Origin: Gemmatimonadota bacterium
GTDB taxonomy: Bacteria > Gemmatimonadota > Gemmatimonadetes > Gemmatimonadales > GWC2-71-9
Direction of reading: 5' to 3'
DNA length: 26,785 bases
Assembly (NCBI GenBank): GCA_022573095.1
Contig: JACZUR010000001.1
Coordinates: forward strand, 1-26,785
In this document: one piece after another, positions 16,160 to 23,731 of the stretch
Numbering within the stretch: the stretch's first letter is position 1
Layout of the letters: every line of letters begins with the position of its first letter
Notes under the pieces: model-generated
What the model was told of the DNA's origin: nothing
Database searches by the model: none
Seen by the model: only the letters and a program-made list of their open reading frames with translations
Translations under genes and position numbers: made by a program

Positions 16160-17772
16160 GCCGCTTTCCCCGTGTTTCCGGACGACGGGAGTACAACAGT
16201 GAAGACGGTTCCCACACCTTGGTTTGATTCCACGTACACAACGCCCTGATGCGCATCAACGGCTCGCTGCACGATGGCGAGGCCGAGACCTGTGCCGCCG
16301 ACCCTTCCTGTCACGAATGGTTCAAAGAGACGGTTTAGTAGATCACTAGGTATCCCGGGTCCGGTATCGGACACCATTATGACGGCCGGTCCCTCGAAGG
16401 TAATTCCTCCGGGAATGTCACCGGGTTGTCCATGTCTTACCGTCACCGTTACTTTACCTCCTTCGCCGGCGGCCTGAATCGCGTTGAGCACGAGATTGAA
16501 CACGATGCTATGAATGAGATCCTCGTCTCCGTTTATCTCGACATCGTCACCTTCTATTGTAACCTGGGATCCGGAGCGGCAGTCGGGATGTTCTCCCGCC
16601 ATCCTCGCCGCTTCCGTTACCACGGTCAGTAAGTTCAAACTGACACGCTGAGTAACCCTTACTCTCGCAAAATCGAGAAACTCGGACAGCAAACCGCTCA
16701 GCCGATCACTTTCTCTCACCACCAGTTGGGTAAGAAATTTCTCATCCTCCCCAGTTTGCATCGATCGCGACAACTGCTCGACCGAAGAGCGAATCGAGGC
16801 GAGTGGGTTCTTGATCTCGTGTGCAAGCGAAGCCGACATTTCAGCCACGGCCTCTAGCCGTTCGTTCCTGAGTTTGAGGTCCTCAATGCGCTTGGATTCC
16901 GAGATGTCCGTGAAGATGGCGGACACATTACCCTCGCCGACGTTGATGCTCGTTGTCGTAAGACCGAAGGGAAAAACATCATCCCCCCGCTTGATCTCTG
17001 CTTCGAAGCGTCGTACACTCATCCCGTCGCGCTGAGTTAGGGAAAGTACGCGCGCCATTTCCGGAGCAACTTCGGCGAGCAAATCGTTTACTGATTCGCC
17101 AATCGCAGCTTCCGCATCAAGTCCAAGCAACTGCTCCGCCACCGGATTGAGGTAGGACAGCTTGCCGCTTCCGTCCATCGTGAGAATGCCACTGCGTAGG
17201 TTGTCGAGTATATCACTTGCCTCGAGCCGGAGTCTCTCGACCTCCTCTTCTAGTATCTGCCGTTCTGAAGCGACGGCGCGGACCTTGCTGGCAATCCAAC
17301 CCGCAGCAAGCGAAACAAGCACGAACAGCGCTAGCTGGAGCCACAGCGCCACAGAAAGGTCCGGCGGGTTGAACCAAAAGATCACGGCGAAGTAGAGGAC
17401 TCCTGCCAGTAGCGTGATCAAGAGACTAGAAGCGAACGGGAAGAGGAGGGAGCTCAGCGATATCACAAGGATATACAGAGGGGCGAAGTTGCTCGTAAAA
17501 CCGCCGGTTACGTGCACCACGGCGGTAACCAACGCGAGATCGAAGAGAGTCTGGACATAGAGGAACGTCTGGCCTGGCGCGACTCGCCTTACCTCCGTGT
17601 ACCAAGCCGATACGGCACTCACGCTTACGCTGAGCACGGCGGCAGACGCCACCATGACGAGTATGCCCGGTTCGACTTCCTTGAAGTAGAAGGCTGCCGC
17701 TACGTAGATACCGATCGCCACACATACGCGACCTATATAGGCAAGGCGAAGCAATGCCCTGACGTCGGGCAT
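16156..17772 (-). CDS. pilS: Sensor histidine kinase, PilS-like (multi-TM, PAS, HisKA, HATPase_c), 538 aa
   Basis: About six N-terminal TM helices (DLALVTAVVHVTGGFTSNFAPLY, typical of PilS), PAS-like GILTMDGSGKLSYLNPVAEQLLG, AHEIKNPL, NLVLNA, DTGPG, GGTGLGL. ATGA overlap with pilR. Confidence 0.87.
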   Translation of the reverse strand: MPDVRALLRLAYIGRVCVAIGIYVAAAFYFKEVEPGILVMVASAAVLSVSVSAVSAWYTEVRRVAPGQTFLYVQTLFDLALVTAVVHVTGGFTSNFAPLYILVISLSSLLFPFASSLLITLLAGVLYFAVIFWFNPPDLSVALWLQLALFVLVSLAAGWIASKVRAVASERQILEEEVERLRLEASDILDNLRSGILTMDGSGKLSYLNPVAEQLLGLDAEAAIGESVNDLLAEVAPEMARVLSLTQRDGMSVRRFEAEIKRGDDVFPFGLTTTSINVGEGNVSAIFTDISESKRIEDLKLRNERLEAVAEMSASLAHEIKNPLASIRSSVEQLSRSMQTGEDEKFLTQLVVRESDRLSGLLSEFLDFARVRVTQRVSLNLLTVVTEAARMAGEHPDCRSGSQVTIEGDDVEINGDEDLIHSIVFNLVLNAIQAAGEGGKVTVTVRHGQPGDIPGGITFEGPAVIMVSDTGPGIPSDLLNRLFEPFVTGRVGGTGLGLAIVQRAVDAHQGVVYVESNQGVGTVFTVVLPSSGNTGKAA

Positions 17773-17900
17773 TGAAGTGCCTATTAGCCTAGTTATGGTA
17801 ACCGCCAGAGGAGTTCATTGTACGACCAAGTATCGGGACCGGTCTCGCAAAATGCAATACCGCCACGTTGCTCCCATAGCAAGCTCACTATCTGCAGACC

Positions 17901-17934
17901 AGAAACGAAACGGCCCCGCCACGGGACGGGGCCG
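17901..17934 (-). terminator. Rho-independent terminator after pilC
   Basis: Minus strand CGGCCCCG-(8 nt loop)-CGGGGCCG followed by TTTCGTTTCT, 29 bp past the pilC stop. Confidence 0.75.
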
Positions 17935-17963
17935 GTACCAAAGTCTGGTTAGTTGCGGCGGTA

Positions 17964-19154
17964 CTACTGCACGGCGTTCATCATATCGAAGATCGGCAGA
18001 TACATGGCAACGATCATCCCGCCGACCACCGTACCGAGGACCACGATCATGACCGGTTCCATGAGCGAAAGCAAGGCACTTACGGCCGTGTCAACTTCGT
18101 CGTCATAGAAGTCGGCAATCTTCGTGAGCATTTCGTCGAGCCCTCCAGTAGCTTCGCCCACCGCAATCATCGACGTGACCATCGGCGGGAAAACAGCTGA
18201 CCTTTCCAGCGGCCCGGCAATCGTTTCACCACCGGCAATGGAGCCTCGAGACTCCATGACCGCGTCGTGAATCACCCTGTTACCAGCCGTCTTTGCCGTG
18301 ATCTCGAGACCGTCGAGAATTGAGACGCCTGCAGAAATAAGTGTACCGAGAGTTCGTGTGAAGCGCGACACGGCAGACTTTCTAAGCATATCGCCGAGAA
18401 CAGGGATGTTTAGCAACACTCTGTCGAGAAACAGCCGCCCGCCTGATGTGGTGTACATCCATTTGATGATGAAGAAGATGGCCACACCACCTCCTCCTAT
18501 AGCCCACCAGAACCCCTGGAGAATGTCACTCATCCCGATAACTATCCTCGTGGGTAACGGCAGAATCATATCCACGCTGGCAAACATCTGTTGGAACACC
18601 GGAATCACGAAGAGGAGAAGTACCACGATTGCAATAGAGGCTACCGAGAAGATCACTATGGGGTAGATCATCGCCCCTTTCACCTTTCGAATGATGGCGT
18701 CGTTCTTCTCGAGGAACGTCGAGAGTCTCAACAGAATCGTGTCGAGGATACCACCCGCCTCACCCGCTGCGACCATGTTGACAAACAGTTCCGCGAACGT
18801 TTTCGGATGTTTGGAAAGAGCGTCGGCAAGAGTGTTTCCGCTCTCTACATCATACACCACTTGTCTGGTAGTCTCGGCAAGCACCTTGTTGTCGGTCTGC
18901 TTGGCAAGAATATCGAGAGCCTGTACCAGGGGCAGACCGGCATTGATCATCGTTGCGAACTGGCGCGTGAAAATGACGACGTCGCGAGTCGGGACTTTGC
19001 CACCAGCCTTGGCTTTCTTGGCCTCGCGGACGCGCACCACCTGCATCTTCTGGTTCCGTAGGTGCTGGACCACATCCTCTTTGGAAGGGAGATCGATCGT
19101 GGCGGTCTTTTCATCACCCGTCAAAGTCCTGGCTGTATACTCCCAAGTGGGCAT
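17964..19154 (-). CDS. pilC: Type IV pilus inner-membrane platform protein PilC (T2SS F family), 396 aa
   Basis: FTRQFATMINAGLPL, AGEAGGILD, FSRTL-like FTRTLGTLISAG, VGEATGGLDEML, MYLPIF. RBS AGGAG. Confidence 0.95.
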   Translation of the reverse strand: MPTWEYTARTLTGDEKTATIDLPSKEDVVQHLRNQKMQVVRVREAKKAKAGGKVPTRDVVIFTRQFATMINAGLPLVQALDILAKQTDNKVLAETTRQVVYDVESGNTLADALSKHPKTFAELFVNMVAAGEAGGILDTILLRLSTFLEKNDAIIRKVKGAMIYPIVIFSVASIAIVVLLLFVIPVFQQMFASVDMILPLPTRIVIGMSDILQGFWWAIGGGGVAIFFIIKWMYTTSGGRLFLDRVLLNIPVLGDMLRKSAVSRFTRTLGTLISAGVSILDGLEITAKTAGNRVIHDAVMESRGSIAGGETIAGPLERSAVFPPMVTSMIAVGEATGGLDEMLTKIADFYDDEVDTAVSALLSLMEPVMIVVLGTVVGGMIVAMYLPIFDMMNAVQ

Positions 19155-19171
19155 CTAGGTAGACTCCTCGA

Positions 19172-20314
19172 TTATTTCTTTCCCGCCATCGCCGGGGCCT
19201 CGCCCGGGATCGGTTCACCGACCATGCGGAGAAATTCGTTCTGATCCGAGCTCACTCTAAGGCATTCTTCCAGTGAAACCTCACGGGACATGTAAAGCTG
19301 GTAGAGCGAGTCGGCAAGAGCCTGCATACCATACTTCTTCCCCGCCTGTATCGCGTTCATGATTTGGTGCACCTTATCATCTCTAATCAGCGCTCGCACC
19401 GCGGGGGTCGCAACGAGTATTTCAGTTGCCATCGCTCTGCCTGAACCAGACGCCTTCTGCACTAGAACCTGAGTCAACACACCTTCCATGACGAAAGCCA
19501 GCTGGGTCCTGATCTGTGATTGCTGGTGAGCCGGGAACACATCAATAATCCTGTTGACGGTCTCGGCTGCGGAGTTGGTGTGGAGCGTGGCGAAGGCGAG
19601 GTGACCCGTTTCAGCGATAGTAAGAGCAGCGGAGATCGTTTCCAAGTCACGAAGCTCCCCAATGAGCACGACATCGGGATCCTGTCGCAAACAGTATTTC
19701 AGAGCGGTCTGGAACGATTTGGTGTCACTGCCAATCTCACGTTGATTTACGATACAGTTCTGGTGCTTATGAACGAACTCGATCGGATCCTCTATCGTAA
19801 TAATGTGCGCCTTGCGCTTCTTGTTGATCCTGTCGATCATCGCGGCCAACGTCGTCGTCTTCCCTGACCCCGTAGGCCCGGTCACAAGTACCAGTCCCCG
19901 AGGTTTGTCCGACAGCTTCGCCAGTATCGGGGGCAACCCAAGCTCGTCGAATGTTTTCACATCCGTGGGAATCTGTCGCATCACGATTGCGACACAGCCG
20001 CGCTGCTTGAAGCAATTCCCCCTGAACCGAGCCAGGTTCTGTATCCCGAACGAGAAATCCAGCTCGTCATCGACTTCGAATCGCTTCTTCTGGTTCTCTG
20101 TCAGAACAGAGTACGCCATCTGAAGCGTATCCTTGGGCGTCATCACATAGGACGAGCTGGAGTCCGTGATGTCGCCGTCGATTCTAAACTTGGGACTTTG
20201 AGACGCAGTTATGTGCAGATCAGAAGCTCCTTTCTGCACCATCTCCTCGAGCAGTTCCCTAAGTTTCGGGGGTTGTGGCCCACCCGCAGCCTGCTCTTGT
20301 CCCGCTTGCTCCAT
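19172..20314 (-). CDS. pilT: Type IV pilus retraction ATPase PilT, 380 aa
   Basis: GASDLH, GPTGSGKTTT, TIEDPIEF, LRQDPDVVLIGELRD, AETGHLAFATLH, AIRNLIRE-like AVRALIRD. Confidence 0.95.
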   Translation of the reverse strand: MEQAGQEQAAGGPQPPKLRELLEEMVQKGASDLHITASQSPKFRIDGDITDSSSSYVMTPKDTLQMAYSVLTENQKKRFEVDDELDFSFGIQNLARFRGNCFKQRGCVAIVMRQIPTDVKTFDELGLPPILAKLSDKPRGLVLVTGPTGSGKTTTLAAMIDRINKKRKAHIITIEDPIEFVHKHQNCIVNQREIGSDTKSFQTALKYCLRQDPDVVLIGELRDLETISAALTIAETGHLAFATLHTNSAAETVNRIIDVFPAHQQSQIRTQLAFVMEGVLTQVLVQKASGSGRAMATEILVATPAVRALIRDDKVHQIMNAIQAGKKYGMQALADSLYQLYMSREVSLEECLRVSSDQNEFLRMVGEPIPGEAPAMAGKK

Positions 20315-20336
20315 CTTTGCTCCCCTTTATCTGCCC

Positions 20337-22043
20337 TTATTGAGCGGCAGTTTCCTTGAGCACTTCCTCGAGAGAAGTAATCCCGGCCGCGACTTTCGCC
20401 ATCCCATCCGTGCGCAGAGTAATCATCCCTTCCTCTACGGCCAGATCCCTGATCTCGTCAGTGGAACCGCCCCTGAGAATAAGATGCCGCAGCGCCGGAC
20501 TGATCGCCATCACCTCGTACAGGCCAGCCCTACCCTTATAGCCGGTTCCGGAGCAGCTATCACAGCCAGTACCTTGGTAGAAAGCCGCCTGAATTTCCTC
20601 ATCGCTAAGACCACTAGTCTTAAGCTCTTTGGGATCGTACTTCTTTTCCGTCTTACAGTCTTTGCAGATCCTCCTGACGAGTCGTTGTGCCACGATCAAG
20701 TTGGTTGCGCTCGCGACGTTGAACGGCTCAATCCCCATGTCAATCATACGGGTAATCGTAGACGGTGCGTCATTAGTATGGAGAGTCGAAAGCACCAGGT
20801 GACCAGTCAGAGCAGCTTTGATAGCGATCCCGCCCGTCTCGATGTCGCGAATCTCACCGACCATGATGATATTGGGGTCCTGACGCAGGAAGGCTTTCAG
20901 GGCTGCCGCGAACGTCATCCCGATTTCGTTACGAACGAGCACCTGATTGATACCGTAGATGTTGTACTCAACGGGATCTTCCGCCGTCATGATGTTCACG
21001 TCGATGTTATTCACCTGCGACAGACACGAATAGAGAGTCGTCGTTTTTCCCGATCCCGTGGGACCGGTTACCAGTACCATACCAAATGGATTTGCGATCG
21101 CGGAAAGAAGGTCCCGCTCGGCCTTAGGTGCGAAACCGAATGTCTTGAGATCGAGCGTGAGGTTACCCTTATCGAGGATACGCAACACGATCTTCTCACC
21201 AAAGATCACCGGCAGCGTCGAAACACGAAAGTCGATTACGCGGTTACCCATCTTGAGCTTGATTCGGCCATCCTGGGGTACGCGCCGCTCAGCAATGTTG
21301 AGAGCAGACATGATCTTTACTCTGGAGGTCAGAGCGGCCTTGAGCTTCACGGGCGGCTTCATGACCTCCATAAGAGCTCCGTCGAGACGATAACGAACTC
21401 TGATTTCGTGTTCGAAAGGCTCTATGTGAACGTCGCTGACACCCCGCTTCACCGCCTCCGTCAGAATCGCGTTGATCAGTTTGACTACCGGTGCATCATC
21501 GCCCAAGTCGACGTTCTCATCGTCATCTTCCGCTTCTTCAACGATTTCGAGATCGTCGCCTTCCTCAATATCCTTGAGGAGCGACTCGAGCTGAGCTGCG
21601 GTCTGCTCATAATACTTCTCGATCTGTTGCTTCAGCGTGTACTCACCGGCGATGACCGGGAAGATGTCGTACCGGGTAATGAACTTGAGGTCATCCAGAG
21701 TCGCTCCGTCCGAGGGATCCGCCATCGCAAGAGTCAGCATCCGTCCCTCGCGTTTGAGCGGTAGCACGCAGTGCTTCACCGCTACATCTGGCGGAACGAG
21801 CTTTAGGATAGCCGGATCTACCTCGAATCGACTCAGGTCGACCGCCGGCATTCGATACTGCTTGGCCAGCATTTTGGTAATCTCTATTTCCTTAATGATC
21901 CCCATCTTCACGAGGCAATAACCCAACCTCGCACCGCTGCTACGCTGTTCGGCGAGGGCTTCATCGAGTTGCTGTTTAGTTATCAGACCCTCTCGAACGA
22001 GGATGTCGCCTAGCCGTACAGAGCTAGCTGCTGCAGTCGCCAT
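20337..22043 (-). CDS. pilB: Type IV pilus assembly ATPase PilB with N-terminal MshEN domain, 568 aa
   Basis: Tandem RLG...Q MshEN motifs, SDVHIEP, AERRVPQDG, GPTGSGKTTT, LRQDPNIIMVGEIRD, TGHLVLSTLH, tetracysteine CKDC...CDSC. Confidence 0.95.
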   Translation of the reverse strand: MATAAASSVRLGDILVREGLITKQQLDEALAEQRSSGARLGYCLVKMGIIKEIEITKMLAKQYRMPAVDLSRFEVDPAILKLVPPDVAVKHCVLPLKREGRMLTLAMADPSDGATLDDLKFITRYDIFPVIAGEYTLKQQIEKYYEQTAAQLESLLKDIEEGDDLEIVEEAEDDDENVDLGDDAPVVKLINAILTEAVKRGVSDVHIEPFEHEIRVRYRLDGALMEVMKPPVKLKAALTSRVKIMSALNIAERRVPQDGRIKLKMGNRVIDFRVSTLPVIFGEKIVLRILDKGNLTLDLKTFGFAPKAERDLLSAIANPFGMVLVTGPTGSGKTTTLYSCLSQVNNIDVNIMTAEDPVEYNIYGINQVLVRNEIGMTFAAALKAFLRQDPNIIMVGEIRDIETGGIAIKAALTGHLVLSTLHTNDAPSTITRMIDMGIEPFNVASATNLIVAQRLVRRICKDCKTEKKYDPKELKTSGLSDEEIQAAFYQGTGCDSCSGTGYKGRAGLYEVMAISPALRHLILRGGSTDEIRDLAVEEGMITLRTDGMAKVAAGITSLEEVLKETAAQ

Positions 22044-22105
22044 AACACATCATGGGAAGGAGGTGGAAAAAAGGTCTCAAGTTCTTGTCAACTAATCATT
22101 TTGAT

Positions 22106-22133
22106 AAGCTACCGAGCGGCCAAAATGTGTCAA
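22106..22133 (-). promoter_or_regulatory. Possible sigma-70-type promoter for pilB
   Basis: TTGACA (overlapping the comEA stop), 16-bp spacer, TAGCTT. The -35 is perfect and the -10 is weak. A second TTGACA at 22091-22086 has no matching -10. Confidence 0.3.
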
Positions 22134-22756
22134 GGTACCCTGACCCGCCCTCTAAGCCGATCCAACGTCGCGGGACCGATACCGGACACTAAGAGTAATT
22201 CATTGATACTCTTGAAGTTACCATTCAGCCTTCGGTACCGTAAGATTGCCCGAGCTTTGCCCGGACCGATACCGGGCAGCGTGACCAGCTCTGCTTCAGT
22301 AGCAACGTTAATTCTTACCTGCGACCCGTCGTCGCGCTGTGATCCAGGTCGCATTCGTATGGGGCGGGCGCTGAATCGGATGTGAGGTCTGAGCGATTCG
22401 AGCAGCCGGGGTCCAATCCCGGACACTTCGTCCAAAGCGTCAACCGATCCGAACGGCCCGTTCGCCTCTCTATGTGAGACGATCCTCGTTGCGAGGGCCG
22501 ATCCGATCCCTGGAAGCCGCGTGAGCTCAATCGCTGGAGCGCGATCTACGTCTATTCGCTCTGTGTCGGCCAACGGACGTGCAAGTCGAGCCGCCTGGGC
22601 CGCGACTGAGTCCAGAGATGGCCTACTTTCCGGACCGAGGCGGAACCCGATCTCGCCCGGGGCGCGTCCGGGCGAGACAGCCAGCTTGGCCACAAAACCA
22701 ACGACAGCCAGTAAAAGCAGAACGCCGGCCGCCTTTCGATCATCTCTTCTCGCCAT
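22130..22756 (-). CDS. comEA: ComEA-family DNA-binding protein with N-terminal membrane anchor and two HhH-pair modules, 208 aa
   Basis: Hydrophobic N-terminus. Module 1: IDVDRA...LPGIG...GPF...VSGIG. Module 2: INVAT...LPGIG...GNF...VSGIG. Confidence 0.85.
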   Translation of the reverse strand: MARRDDRKAAGVLLLLAVVGFVAKLAVSPGRAPGEIGFRLGPESRPSLDSVAAQAARLARPLADTERIDVDRAPAIELTRLPGIGSALATRIVSHREANGPFGSVDALDEVSGIGPRLLESLRPHIRFSARPIRMRPGSQRDDGSQVRINVATEAELVTLPGIGPGKARAILRYRRLNGNFKSINELLLVSGIGPATLDRLRGRVRVP

Positions 22757-22837
22757 CCCCTCAATGTGCCACTGCGACGGGCGACGGCATTCATCATTTC
22801 GTTGCCGCCGCCAACTTACGAACGCATCAAGAGGGGC

Positions 22838-23731
22838 TTACTGGCGTAGCAGTGCCATTGCCACGTCACCGACTATCTGCAAGCTTTCCGCACTCACTTT
22901 GTCAATTGTGTCTTCCGTCGTATGCCAATAGGAATAGTCAATGTCGATAACATTGATCATTCTGATTCCGGCCTCGAGAAGGGGAACGTGGTCATCCATG
23001 ATTGGACCGCGCAACGAGGGTACAAACGTTCGGCTATAGCCCATATCAGCCGCGGCGCGCCAAACCCGATCAACCACTTCGGGAGCACCACTGACCGAAT
23101 TACCCTCCTGGTATATCTGCAAATCTATGTCACCGATCATATCGAAGAGAACTCCGAACAACGGCTGGTAGCCGGCCGGAAGATTCACCGCGAAGTACCG
23201 TGAACCGATCAAGACATCAACATCCTGAGAAAAATCTCCGTAATCCTCACCGTCGACAAAAACCAGATCGACACCCAGGCCAGGAGGGACCAGATCGAGC
23301 GCGTCGGCAACACCCAGCAACAGGGCTACGCCCGATCCGCCATCGTTTGCACCCGGGACGGGCAACATCTGGTGACCGATGTTGAGGCTCTTATCGGCTG
23401 TTGGGCGCGTATCCCAGTGCGCCATGAAGATAATTCTGTTCGGGTCGCCGGGGCGGAACCTGGCTATGAAGTTTCTCAACTCGAGGGTGTCCCCCTCGGC
23501 CGTGACGTGGAGAAAACTCTGGACTTCCACCGAGTCCGCCGTCAGCCGCAGGCGTTCCTCAATCCAGTTGCCGGTGTTGCGATGGCCGGGCGTGTTAGGC
23601 ACTCGCACTCCGAACCGAGTTTGGACTGCCACGTACTCGTATGCGGCGGCACCGTTGAACTCTTGATTCTGGGGGCCTTTCGCCCCGCAGGCAGCGACCA
23701 CCAGGCTCAGCAAGCCAATGTTGGGCTTCAT
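22838..23731 (-). CDS. M28-family zinc metalloenzyme lipoprotein, glutaminyl-cyclase-like, ~297 aa
   Basis: Start reassigned to the ATG at 23731 (ATGA overlap with the sprA-like stop). Lipoprotein-type signal MKPNIGLLSLVVAA|C. Motifs AHWDT, GANDGGSGV, DGEDYG, FDMIGD, DDHVPL, YWHTTED. Confidence 0.87.
   Translation of the reverse strand: MKPNIGLLSLVVAACGAKGPQNQEFNGAAAYEYVAVQTRFGVRVPNTPGHRNTGNWIEERLRLTADSVEVQSFLHVTAEGDTLELRNFIARFRPGDPNRIIFMAHWDTRPTADKSLNIGHQMLPVPGANDGGSGVALLLGVADALDLVPPGLGVDLVFVDGEDYGDFSQDVDVLIGSRYFAVNLPAGYQPLFGVLFDMIGDIDLQIYQEGNSVSGAPEVVDRVWRAAADMGYSRTFVPSLRGPIMDDHVPLLEAGIRMINVIDIDYSYWHTTEDTIDKVSAESLQIVGDVAMALLRQ

Noticed and set aside
20211-21764. 517-aa plus-strand ORF
   Set aside because: Antisense shadow of pilB/pilT with no recognisable motifs. 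The other plus-strand and nested ORFs in the track are rejected for the same reason.
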